Shown: in pieces, positions 10,498 through 19,534 of the stretch | Layout: every line of letters starts with the position of its first letter | How positions within the stretch are numbered: the first letter of the stretch is position 1 | Origin: an uncultured delta proteobacterium | GTDB taxonomy: Bacteria; Myxococcota_A; Polyangia; Polyangiales; Polyangiaceae | Length of the DNA: 64,000 bases | NCBI GenBank assembly: GCA_963841435.1 | Contig: CAWJCS010000006.1 | Location: 768,001-832,000, forward strand | Direction: 5' to 3' | Program-made: the position numbers and the translations under genes | Notes under the pieces: model-generated | Database searches by the model: none | What the model was told of the DNA's origin: nothing | Seen by the model: the letters and a program-made list of their open reading frames with translations, nothing else

Positions 10498-11093
10498 GCG
10501 ATCACCAGGGCGGGTGGCACCGGCGGGCCCCAGGGGCTGCAGTACGGCGCCCAGTAATCTTCCACTGAAAGGAGCTGCCCGGGAACGGCACAGCACGCGT
10601 TGTGCGCAACGCTCGCGTCGAAGTTGCCGACGTAGGCGAGCAGGCGGCAGCAATTCAGCACGGAGGGATCGGCCTGGCCGTTCTCCCCCGTCCATACCTG
10701 GCCCGCGTTCACTGCCGTCTCCACGTAGGATTCGCAGCAGGCTCTCTCCTCGGCGCCGACGGTCGTCGTGAGCGCTCCCTTTTCGACGTTGACGGCCGCG
10801 AGGCAAGCGAGCACCGGCTCGGGCTCGGGTGGCGGGGACGGTTCTGTTGTCGCCGACGCGGTGGGCGCCGGGGGGGACGGCTCCGTCGTAGCGGAAGCGC
10901 TGGGCGCGGGTTGCTCCGTCGTGGCCGACGCGCTGGGCGCGGGTGGGCCGCCGGAGCCGTCCAGGTCCGTCGCGCGGGTGCTTCCGCCGTCCTGGCTGAG
11001 CCCGCCACAAGCGCTGCTTACGGCACCCAGGCAGCAACCGAGAGCAATCTTCGCCGCGCTATCGAGCGCGCGCCGTCGCGTCGAGCTTTTCAC
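10494..11093 (-). CDS. Cys-rich lipoprotein with C-terminal CSPWGPPVPP motif
   Basis: RBS GAAGGAGG, N-terminal 'TRRRAL', lipobox 'VSSAC', three ASATTE repeats, three CC pairs in the mature part, and the end 'YCSPWGPPVPPALVIA'. Confidence 0.75.
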   Translation of the reverse strand: MKSSTRRRALDSAAKIALGCCLGAVSSACGGLSQDGGSTRATDLDGSGGPPAPSASATTEQPAPSASATTEPSPPAPTASATTEPSPPPEPEPVLACLAAVNVEKGALTTTVGAEERACCESYVETAVNAGQVWTGENGQADPSVLNCCRLLAYVGNFDASVAHNACCAVPGQLLSVEDYWAPYCSPWGPPVPPALVIA

Positions 11094-11204
11094 CGTGGGC
11101 CTCCTTCGAGTCAGGAGTAACAGCCGGTGACTGGTCTGAGAATCAGGATTTTCTAAACGATATTGTTCGCATTATCAGTACAATGCCGGACTCTCACCGT
11201 ACGA

Positions 11205-11410
11205 CTCGTACCAGATGGGTCACGACCAGGCGCGCTCCTGGATGCTCACGGGGAGATCCGGGCGCGGCCTGCGCTCGAGGCGCACGGCGTCGTACGTGGA
11301 CCAGCGGGCGTGGGGATTTGGAGCACGCGGGCCGTAGTGGAAGGCATGCTCGCTCGGATCGAAGTCGGGGTTCGTCCACGCCAACGAGAGCTGGGGCGCG
11401 CCGATCTGCC
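11205..11410 (-). pseudogene. Remnant of a DUF3604-family C-terminus
   Basis: 'IGAPQLSLAWTNPDFDPSEHAF', then 'ARVLQIPTP' in another frame, then 'RWSTYDAVRL..SIQERAWS*PIWY'. It has frameshifts and an in-frame TGA at 11220-11222. Confidence 0.75.
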
Positions 11411-11642
11411 CGGCAACGCCGAGCGTCGCGTCGAGCGCGGGCCCGGTTGGAACGGGCGATCGAATGGCGAGCGGGGCGAGCAACGGAATCGTTCCGAAGA
11501 AATGACTACCGTGAGCGGCGTCCGCAAGGGCAGCTGTGTGCGAGGCTGTGCTCCGATGCCGTTCTCGGGTGTGGGCCGTGAGAACAAACTAACCATTGGT
11601 CTTCCACCTCACGAATGGCTAGGCTGGGCGCTCGGATCGTTG

Positions 11643-12926
11643 ATGAGTCAGGGAGCACAGGGAGTGGTCTCGGCGCGAGCCGTTAAGTCTTTCGCGGAAG
11701 CGGTGGAACGGGAGCTCATGCGGGCGGGTCGGGCCGGAACAGCCGAGGTGGACGCCACTTCGCCGGAGGTGACGACTGCCTGCGAGCTCCTGCGCCGGGC
11801 TTTGCAAGCGATCAAGGAGGAGGACGCGGGCGACGGAGTCCTCTTCGTACCGGACGACCGCACCGCGGCGCTGCTGATGAGCTTCCTCGCCGAGCGGTTA
11901 CCCGCTCCCGGCTCGACCGAGACCCACTACGAGACGGAGTTGGCTTCGGACGACCTCGCGGGTTGGGTGACCCGCTTCGTGCCGAGCTGGCTCAAGGGTC
12001 GTTTCAACAAGCACGCGTTCGAAATGCCGGACGACGTGCCGACGCTCATGCCCGTGGACTTTCGTCTGGCGATCCTGGGCGATTGGGGCAGCGGCCTCTA
12101 CGGCGCGCCCGTCTCCGCTTCCAGCATCCGCAGTGCCGTGCCGCGCTTCGACGCGGTGATCCATCTGGGCGATGTCTACTATGCCGGGACCCCCCGGGAA
12201 GTCACGGAGCGCTTTCTCAATCTGTGGCCGAGCATTCCGGGAGCCAGCAGCTGGGCGCTCAACTCCAATCACGAGATGTTCTCGGGGGGCGCCGGCTACT
12301 TCGACACCACGCTCCGCGACCCGCGGTTCGCGCTGCAGCGCGGCTCGAGCTGCTTTGCGTGGGAGAACGATCACTTCGTGTTCCTCGGCCTGGACACGGG
12401 CTACCACGATCATGACCTCGGCCCGGAACAAGGCGGGTGGATTCGCCGTTGTGCGGCGGCGGCGCACGATCGAAAGCTCGTTTTGTTCTCGCACCATCAG
12501 CCGTTTTCCGCTTTCGATCGCCAAGGCACGAAGCTCGTGGAGGCCCTGCGCGACCTGCTCGAGGAGCGGCGCGTCGTGGCGTGGTACTGGGGGCACGAGC
12601 ACCGCTGCGTCTTTTTCGGCAAGCACGCCCGCTGGTCAACGTGGGGGCGCTGCGTCGGGCACGGTGGCTACCCCCAGGCGCGCGACGCCTTTCCCACGCC
12701 TGCGGATTCCGTCAACGCTGACGGGTCGAGCTGGCGCGAAGTATCGCGCGAGGGGGTGCCCGATGCCTGGGTGCTCGATGGGCCGAACCGTTACGTCGTG
12801 GGGCACGCCGAGAAATACGCCCCTCACGGCTACGTGAGCCTGCACTTCCACGGACCGATGATCCACGAAGCCGTCCACGCGCCCGACGGCTCGCTCCTCT
12901 TGCGTCATCGAATTCCCGAAGGTTGA
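11643..12926 (+). CDS. Calcineurin-like metallophosphoesterase with helical N-terminal extension
   Basis: Motifs 'GDWG', 'LGDVYY', 'NSNHE', 'SHH' and 'WGHEH'. The start is placed at ATG 11643 because the longer ORF overlaps the DUF3604 remnant. Confidence 0.85.
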   Translation: MSQGAQGVVSARAVKSFAEAVERELMRAGRAGTAEVDATSPEVTTACELLRRALQAIKEEDAGDGVLFVPDDRTAALLMSFLAERLPAPGSTETHYETELASDDLAGWVTRFVPSWLKGRFNKHAFEMPDDVPTLMPVDFRLAILGDWGSGLYGAPVSASSIRSAVPRFDAVIHLGDVYYAGTPREVTERFLNLWPSIPGASSWALNSNHEMFSGGAGYFDTTLRDPRFALQRGSSCFAWENDHFVFLGLDTGYHDHDLGPEQGGWIRRCAAAAHDRKLVLFSHHQPFSAFDRQGTKLVEALRDLLEERRVVAWYWGHEHRCVFFGKHARWSTWGRCVGHGGYPQARDAFPTPADSVNADGSSWREVSREGVPDAWVLDGPNRYVVGHAEKYAPHGYVSLHFHGPMIHEAVHAPDGSLLLRHRIPEG

Positions 12927-12953
12927 GAGCCGGCGGGGCGGGGCACCCAGCGG

Positions 12954-14930
12954 CTAGGTACGCGGGTCCGCGCCCGCCGGGTCGTCCGAGCTCGATGGGG
13001 TGGACGCAGGCGGGTCGAAGGCGCAGAGGAGCGCCGCGGCGTCCAGCAGCCCGAAACCGCGGTCCGCTTGCCAGACGCCGACCATCTGGGCCGCCGTTGC
13101 GATGAGCGCGGCGCGGGCCTGCAAGGCGTTCGGCCAGTCGCGCCCGAGCCGGGCCTGTTTCGAAAACAAGCGGGCGAGTGCGCCGGTCACGTGGGGCGCC
13201 GCCATGCTCGTGCCACTGAGCACGACGGTGTCGGAGCGCGTGCCCGCTTTCGCGGCGCGGATCTGCAAGCCCGGGGCGAAAAGCTCGGGCTTCTTCCGCT
13301 CGTCCCGCGTGGGCCCGAGTGACGAGCTCTCCGCGATGGCCTGGCCAGTTCGATCGCCCGAAGCCACGGTGATCACGCTGCGGGCGGTTCCGGGCATGGT
13401 CAAGGTGCGATCGACGGTCGCCCCCTTGATGATGGTGAGTGGTCCTTCGATCCACAAGTCCGTCTCGCCGGCCCCGCGCGTGGCGACCCCGGACAACTCC
13501 AGGGTGAAGCCCGCGTTGGTTGGCGGCAGGCTCAGGAGCAGCAGTGAGTCCCCGTTGTCGCGGTGGAAGCGTTCGTAGCTGGCCCTGGCGGTGCCGAGCT
13601 CTGTCTGGAGCTCCAGGACCGGGCTCGCCGTTGACAGGATGATCGATTGCGCGCGCGCGGTCTCACTGAGCTTCAGCTCGAGCTGATGCGCCGAGGAGAA
13701 CCACACCTCGACCAGCGTGGGGGCTCGGTCGCGGGTGACCGGCGGACCGAGCTTGACGAGCACGGTGGCGCCCTGGGCGACGTTGAAGCGCCGGAAACGA
13801 GCGCTGTCGCGCGCATTTCCGGCGGACTTGACGATGGCTCGTCCGGGCGCGTGCCCGCCCTTCGTGAACGCGTCGAAGCCGGCCTCGAGGAGGGAGTTTC
13901 CGTCGTGCGCCCCCGCGGCGATTCCTGCGCTGACGTTGACGACGACCGGCTGTCGGCTGGCGTGCGCGATGGAGTCGATGAGCTTCAGGGCGTCGACGTG
14001 GCTCTTCGCGAAGCCTTCGCTGGGGCGCCCCTGTCCGGAAGATCGCAGGGCGGGAACCACGAAAATGATGGGCGCGTCAGGGGCCATGCCACCGGCGAAA
14101 CGATGCGCCTCCTGCGCAGCGGGCGCGCTTCGGCCCGCGGCGATGCTGGCTACGTGGGTGCCATGGAGTCGGCCGTCGTCGGTCGCCGACATCGGCGGGA
14201 GGGCGCGCCGACCGGCGAGCGCTGCATCGATGTCCTCGGCGGTGTAGAGGACGCCGTAGTCGGCCTCGAGGGTGCCATTCACCTGGTTCGGCGTTGGCCC
14301 CTCGGTGGCCGTCTGATCCCACACGTAAAGGAGGCGCGTGCGACCGTCGGCGCCGAGAAATGCGTCATGCAGGGGATCGAGCCCGCCGTCGATGATACCG
14401 ATCAAACAGCCGTCCTCGGGTACGGCTCCCTCGGGGGCTTCGACAGGGTTGCCCTTGACGGTGGGGACCGACTGGTCGAGCTCCCAGGTGCCGCCCTCCC
14501 GACTCACCTCCACGACGACGCCAGGCTGCTCCCCGATCCGCATGAGAGCACGCTTCGAACCGCGGCCACTCAGCACGTTGTCGAGCCGCACGCCCTTCAC
14601 GAACTCCGGAATCTGCGGGAGCTCGAAGTCTTGGGTCGGCAGACGCACGAGCGCGGGCCACCAGCGACGCCGAGCCGATGCGACGGCCCCGACGCTTTCC
14701 AGTGCACGCCCACGGAGCGTCGTTTCGCTCGAGTCGTCGGCCCCCCGTCCCCCGTCCCGCGCGCCGTCGCCGTCGCCGTCCTCGCCCCCGTCTTCGTCGC
14801 GCTCGACCGGGCGAATGCCTTCGAGCTCGTCGGAGGCGGGCGTCTCCCCCCGGGAAAGCGTTCTTTCCCCGGCTGGCTCGGGATCTGGAACGTGAAGCAG
14901 GAAAGGGTCGATACCTGAGGGTCGGTTCAT
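12954..14930 (-). CDS. Cytoplasmic S8 (subtilisin-like) serine peptidase with insertion domain
   Basis: 'GIIDGG', 'HGTHVASIAAG', 'KSAGN' and 'SGTSMAAPHV'. No signal peptide and an acidic N-terminus. Confidence 0.92.
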   Translation of the reverse strand: MNRPSGIDPFLLHVPDPEPAGERTLSRGETPASDELEGIRPVERDEDGGEDGDGDGARDGGRGADDSSETTLRGRALESVGAVASARRRWWPALVRLPTQDFELPQIPEFVKGVRLDNVLSGRGSKRALMRIGEQPGVVVEVSREGGTWELDQSVPTVKGNPVEAPEGAVPEDGCLIGIIDGGLDPLHDAFLGADGRTRLLYVWDQTATEGPTPNQVNGTLEADYGVLYTAEDIDAALAGRRALPPMSATDDGRLHGTHVASIAAGRSAPAAQEAHRFAGGMAPDAPIIFVVPALRSSGQGRPSEGFAKSHVDALKLIDSIAHASRQPVVVNVSAGIAAGAHDGNSLLEAGFDAFTKGGHAPGRAIVKSAGNARDSARFRRFNVAQGATVLVKLGPPVTRDRAPTLVEVWFSSAHQLELKLSETARAQSIILSTASPVLELQTELGTARASYERFHRDNGDSLLLLSLPPTNAGFTLELSGVATRGAGETDLWIEGPLTIIKGATVDRTLTMPGTARSVITVASGDRTGQAIAESSSLGPTRDERKKPELFAPGLQIRAAKAGTRSDTVVLSGTSMAAPHVTGALARLFSKQARLGRDWPNALQARAALIATAAQMVGVWQADRGFGLLDAAALLCAFDPPASTPSSSDDPAGADPRT

Positions 14931-14977
14931 CGCTACCTCCGCCGGTTGGGCACCAGCTGGTTCGCCCAGGACCTAAA

Positions 14978-15865
14978 TCACCCCGTCGGCCGTTCGGCAA
15001 CCTGGAGGTCGATGCCGTAACGCATCAGCACGTCGCCGACGCCACCATCACTCACGAGCGCGCTGCTCTGGCTTTCCAAAAACTCCAGGGTGCTCGGGTC
15101 CGTGCTCGCGCGGAGCCGACGAACGTTCCTCACGCCAAGGTGCTCATGGGCGAGCGCATCGATTTGACCGGCCGCCGCATTCACGTCGAGCGCATCAATC
15201 TCGCGGTCGTTCTTCAACCACCCCTGCATCGCTTGGAACACGGCCTGGTGGAAGTGTTCTTCGGCGAGCGTCGTGGCGAACTCGTACTCCGGAATGACGC
15301 CGTAGCCCGAGCCCTTTCCGGCGGTGTCGAGCATCTCGAGCAGCTCGATGATCCGACGGTAGCCGTTGCCGGCCGTGAGCTCGAGCTCCGCCGAGAGCTG
15401 GAAGAATCCGAGCAGCGACTCGGCTTCGAGATGCGCGGTGAACGGGGGCGCCGCATTGAACACGCGCGTTGTGCCGATTGCGGCTCGTGCGATGGTGCCG
15501 AGCAGTCCTCCCGAGGTCGCCCAGGACGTCATCAGACCCTCGATCGAGCCCTGTGCACCTTCTGTGGTCCAACGGGGGTCGTCCAGCTTGCGCAGCGAAT
15601 CCATCAGAGTCGCGTGGGAGGTCTCTTGCGCCCAGACACTGCCAATGGTGTCCCTCACGAGCTTCACGGCTTCTCCCTCGGGACCCTTTTGATCCGGGAT
15701 CCGCCGCTCGAGCTTTAGCGCGTCGTAGATTTGGACCACCATCGCCTCTCTTTGGTGCGCCGTCGCGACCCAACAGTCGAGCTCGCCCTTGGGATCTCCG
15801 TCGAAGCGCTGCCGCAGCTCGGTCGCGATCCCTTCGGTGTGCTTCAAGATCTCGTTCGGCTTCAC
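14978..15865 (-). CDS. Divergent ferritin-like diiron protein
   Basis: E..ExxH..E..ExxH pattern ('QREA', 'QETSH', 'ELEL', 'EEHFH') with helical character. Confidence 0.6.
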   Translation of the reverse strand: MKPNEILKHTEGIATELRQRFDGDPKGELDCWVATAHQREAMVVQIYDALKLERRIPDQKGPEGEAVKLVRDTIGSVWAQETSHATLMDSLRKLDDPRWTTEGAQGSIEGLMTSWATSGGLLGTIARAAIGTTRVFNAAPPFTAHLEAESLLGFFQLSAELELTAGNGYRRIIELLEMLDTAGKGSGYGVIPEYEFATTLAEEHFHQAVFQAMQGWLKNDREIDALDVNAAAGQIDALAHEHLGVRNVRRLRASTDPSTLEFLESQSSALVSDGGVGDVLMRYGIDLQVAERPTG

Positions 15866-16027
15866 GGCGTTCGTGCCCGATGCTCGTCCGTTTCGGAGTC
15901 TCGTTCAAGGAGCCAAACCGGCCATGGTCATTTTTTGGAGCGTCGCTCCCGGTGGCTTGTGCCGTCAACCGTCGAGTGAGAGGATCGCAGGTGCTCCTAC
16001 CGAAAACCGCAAGAGATCGAGGATCCC

Positions 16028-17143
16028 ATGGCCATTCCGGACGACGCTCGACTCGACGCGCTGCGCTTGGTTGGGGACCCACTGATCGACCCGCTGGTCG
16101 TGCAGCATTTTCGGGACGATCGCCCCGGCTTGGGCAGGCTCATTGGCCAGCTCTTCAGCGCGACCGAGATGCCGAGTCACCCCTTCGTCGAGACGTTCCT
16201 GGCGGCACTGCCGAACGTGACCCTCGATGAACCGCCCCGTGTCAGACAAGGACAAGCGCTGTTCGCGGAGTTCGGTCCGGAGGTGCTCCTGAGCCTCGGT
16301 TCGTGCGCCCTTCCGCTCGCCTATGCCGCCGGGAAGGGCGTTCAGGCCGTCTGGCGAGCCCGACGACTCAAAGAGGATCCGATCCGGCGCTTGTGTGACA
16401 CGGCGCAGATGGTCATCAACGTGATGGAGCCCGACGAGCTCACCGAGGATGGCATCGGCTGGCTGTCGGCGCGCAAAACCCGCCTCATCCACGCCCTGAT
16501 CCGCCATCACATCGCCACGGATCCGGCACAGCCCTGGCCCGCGGAGTACGGCGTGCCCATCAATCAGGAAGATCTGACTGGGACACTCCTCTCGTTCTCG
16601 ATTGCCGTTCTGCAGAGCCTGCGTAAGATCGGCGCGCGCGTCTCGCCCGACCAGGGCGACGCCTACGTTCATGCCTGGGTCCAAATCGCAAAGCTGCTTG
16701 GACTCGACGAAACCGCGCTGCCGCGCGACGAGGCGGAGGGGTTGGAGCTTGCCTTGCGCATCGGGAGGCGCCAGATAGGGGCGACGCCGGAAGGGCGGGC
16801 ACTGAACGACCAGCTGCTGGACGCCGTCGGCGTCGTGCTCTTCACTAGGGGCTACGCCGCCAACTTGAGTCGATTCCTGTTGGAAGGCTCGGCGTTCGGA
16901 CAAGACGTGGCGGAAAAGCTCGCCATTCCTTCGCCACCAATCTCCCGCTTCTTCGTGCGGCTGCGCGCCGTCCACAAGCGGCTCATGTTCGACCTCATGG
17001 AGGCCGTGCCCGGCGCGAAGCGCCGGCGCCGTCGCGTGGCCGTTCGCTTCGTCCAACGGCTTTTGATTCTTCGCCGTGGGGGCGACGGTCGCCGACCGTT
17101 CGCGGTTCCGGCGCGCTTGCGCGTCGAATGGGGCATCACGTAG
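16028..17143 (+). CDS. MpaB/Lcp-like (DUF2236) haem oxygenase-family protein
   Basis: 'LRLVGDPLID', 'LPLAYA', 'RRLCDTAQMV', 'RLIHALIR', 'GVPINQED..GTLLSFS' and 'YVHAW..I..LLGL'. Confidence 0.85.
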   Translation: MAIPDDARLDALRLVGDPLIDPLVVQHFRDDRPGLGRLIGQLFSATEMPSHPFVETFLAALPNVTLDEPPRVRQGQALFAEFGPEVLLSLGSCALPLAYAAGKGVQAVWRARRLKEDPIRRLCDTAQMVINVMEPDELTEDGIGWLSARKTRLIHALIRHHIATDPAQPWPAEYGVPINQEDLTGTLLSFSIAVLQSLRKIGARVSPDQGDAYVHAWVQIAKLLGLDETALPRDEAEGLELALRIGRRQIGATPEGRALNDQLLDAVGVVLFTRGYAANLSRFLLEGSAFGQDVAEKLAIPSPPISRFFVRLRAVHKRLMFDLMEAVPGAKRRRRRVAVRFVQRLLILRRGGDGRRPFAVPARLRVEWGIT

Positions 17144-17184
17144 CGCCCTTCAAGGGAACGATTGCTCGACCCCTGCCGGGCTAG

Positions 17185-17381
17185 CACTACTGTCAGAGTC
17201 TTGGAGGAACAGATCACGATCCGGCAGAGAGAACATGAGCCACGAAAGCAACTGGCGAGGCCAGCGGGCGGCCGTCTTCGAGCACGAAATGGACGCAAGA
17301 CGTGGGCGCCGCCGTCCGAAAAGTTCGCCGCTCGCCAATCTGCGAATTTCTCGAAGGAAACGCGAATCTCTGACAGTAGTG
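17185..17381. mobile_element. 197-bp MITE, copy 1
   Basis: Perfect 14-bp TIRs CACTACTGTCAGAG/CTCTGACAGTAGTG, flanked by CTAG (17181-17184) and CCAG (17382-17385). Three mismatches to copy 2. Confidence 0.88.
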
Positions 17382-17391
17382 CCAGGCGTCG

Positions 17392-18393
17392 CTACGCGCC
17401 CGTTTGCCGCGCCACCTGCAGGAGCTCCTCGCGGGTCTTCACTCCCAACTTCGAAGCAGCACGTGCCATCAACACCCGAACGGTGGAGTCGGCAATGCCA
17501 AGCTCGTAGGCGATGAGCTTGTTGTGGTGTCCAAGTAGCGCGTAGCCGATGACCTGGCGTTCCCGGTCGCTCAATGCCCCGGGCCCAAGCGCCTTGGGCT
17601 CGTTTTGCCGTGCGACGATGTAGCGGCGCCCGTCGTGCTCCAGCTGGTCAACGAGCGACCATTGTCCGGCGACCAACGCCCGCCATTCGCCCAGCGCGCG
17701 GTCGGGATCGCCGATTCGCTCGGGGCCGCGCACCTTCTCCATCGTGAGCACCGCGCTGCGAAGCGATTCGCGAGCCAGTGCCTGGCTTGCCGCGCCCGTC
17801 GCGTCGTGCAATTTCCCGTTGGGGTCAAAAATAGCAGCGGGCTGCTCCGGGCTCGGGTCGGACCGGAGCCGAGTCCGGAGGCGTACCGCGCTCGAGAGGT
17901 GGGCGGCAATCCGCCCCCAGCGTCTGATGTCTCGTTGGGACGCCCAGGCGATGCGCTTGCGCCCCGCATGGAACCCACAGCCGTGACCCGTCGGATCGGT
18001 CGCGGTGATCCAGATCGAATCGAACATGCCGAAGCGCTGCAAGCCCTGCTTCATTTGGGGAAGCTCCGCAAATTCCTCCCTCATACCCATCATCTGGCTG
18101 CCGGTGACGCAGGGGCCCATCTCGAAGGGACGCTGTCGCAGCGTCGGGTCCATGTTCGCGAAGAGCTTCGGGTACGTTGCCGCCAGGGGCTCCGGCATCC
18201 ACAAGTGCTGGCTCTGCAACATCTTGGGAGGCTGGTGCGGAGCGCGAACGAACTCGAATGCAGCAAGGCCGAAACCCTCGTCCAAATGGGGCCTGATGGC
18301 CTCCGCAATCGCCCGAAGCCACACGTCGCCGGGAACGTCCAGCTGGTACGCCGCCTCCACGATGCTCAAGAGATCGAAACGGTCACGTGACAT
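17392..18393 (-). CDS. LuxR-family HTH transcriptional regulator
   Basis: C-terminal 'LSDRERQVIGYALLGHHNKLIAYELGIADSTVRVLMARAASKLGVKTREEL'. Confidence 0.9.
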   Translation of the reverse strand: MSRDRFDLLSIVEAAYQLDVPGDVWLRAIAEAIRPHLDEGFGLAAFEFVRAPHQPPKMLQSQHLWMPEPLAATYPKLFANMDPTLRQRPFEMGPCVTGSQMMGMREEFAELPQMKQGLQRFGMFDSIWITATDPTGHGCGFHAGRKRIAWASQRDIRRWGRIAAHLSSAVRLRTRLRSDPSPEQPAAIFDPNGKLHDATGAASQALARESLRSAVLTMEKVRGPERIGDPDRALGEWRALVAGQWSLVDQLEHDGRRYIVARQNEPKALGPGALSDRERQVIGYALLGHHNKLIAYELGIADSTVRVLMARAASKLGVKTREELLQVARQTGA

Positions 18394-18656
18394 CGAAGCT
18401 CCGGTCGCGCGCCGCACACTACATCTTAGGGGCTCGCCTCACCAGTGCCGTGCCCAATCGACCGCTACCCCGCGAGAATGTGGCTCAGAACGCCTGTTTA
18501 CGGGTTTCGTGTAAGCCCGTCTTTTCTTGAGTTTGTCGGCGGCTCGCTGCAGCCTGTGCTCTGCAGGCACGTTGAGAAGTCGGCCCCGTCGGAGACACGC
18601 GGGCGGCGGAACGGGAGGGGTGCGCCCGCATTGGACGAGGATCGGAGGTGTGGATC

Positions 18657-19424
18657 ATGAGCGAGCAGAATATTTCGGAGCTGCGGACCCTGGTGATGCG
18701 AGCCGATGGCGTGCCGGCGACCATACAAAGGTCCGCAGAGCTCTGGTTCGGGCTCGTGCGCGGAGAGCTGGAGGTGGCGGGACGCTTCATGACGAGTGAC
18801 CGCGAATATCTGGTTCTCGGTGAACGACCAGATCGTCAGACGCCCCTCTGCGGGCGCAAGCTCGACATTTTGCAGAGCGTGCTCGTCGGCGTCAGTCGCA
18901 AGGTCGTGTCCTTCGACTTCGAAATCTCGCCCTCCACGGTCGCACTGGCCCTCAGCGCTGCGCTGCGTGATTTGGGGCTCGATTGCTCACCAGGGCGCAT
19001 CCCGCCACTGCTCGTGGTGCTCGCGCGTGCGGCTCGCGGCGACCGGGTTCGCTCGGTGGTGACCATCGCCGACATCGAGCACGGCGGCCTGCGCTATCAC
19101 GTGGTGGCAAGGGACGTGGACAGTCCGCTCTTCGAGGTGCTCGCCCCGGCACAGCGAGCCGTGCTGAGGCAATTGATCCAAGGCAGCACCTATGCGGATA
19201 TTGCCGCCCGCCGGCGCACGTCATCACGCACGGTCGCCAATCAGGTCGCCGCGGCGTGCCGTCGGCTCGGCGTGTCCGGGCGGTTCGACCTCGTCCAGTT
19301 CGTCGTATCGGACGATGTCGTCACCGATGGGGCGCATCCGTGGCAGGCGCCCCGTTCGGCAATGTCGCCAGCGGCCGATTCAGTGCCGAGCGACAGAGGT
19401 GCCGGCGTCGGCGCTCAAGGATGA
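18657..19424 (+). CDS. Regulator with two tandem LuxR-type HTH domains
   Basis: 'LCGRKLDILQSVLVGVSRKVVSFDFEISPSTV' and 'LAPAQRAVLRQLIQGSTYADIAARRRTSSRTVANQV'. Confidence 0.8.
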   Translation: MSEQNISELRTLVMRADGVPATIQRSAELWFGLVRGELEVAGRFMTSDREYLVLGERPDRQTPLCGRKLDILQSVLVGVSRKVVSFDFEISPSTVALALSAALRDLGLDCSPGRIPPLLVVLARAARGDRVRSVVTIADIEHGGLRYHVVARDVDSPLFEVLAPAQRAVLRQLIQGSTYADIAARRRTSSRTVANQVAAACRRLGVSGRFDLVQFVVSDDVVTDGAHPWQAPRSAMSPAADSVPSDRGAGVGAQG

Positions 19425-19534
19425 TGGTCGTGCCGCAGATTGCATCCTGGTGGCTGGCTCCGTGCTCGCCCTCGGAAAGAACACCATTGCGCCATCGTGC
19501 ATGACGTGGTGAGGAATCGTTCCCGGGAAACAGC

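Noticed and set aside
9766-11037. 423-aa ORF
   Set aside because: The N-terminal 180 aa are an off-frame reading of the lipoprotein gene. The real start is GTG 10497.
17185-17381. MITE as a CRISPR repeat, riboswitch, protein-coding gene (MSHESNWRG...) or eukaryotic CACTA transposon
   Set aside because: There are only two dispersed copies and no recognisable aptamer. The ORFs run out into unrelated flanks, and the 4-bp CTAG flanks fit a bacterial IS derivative.
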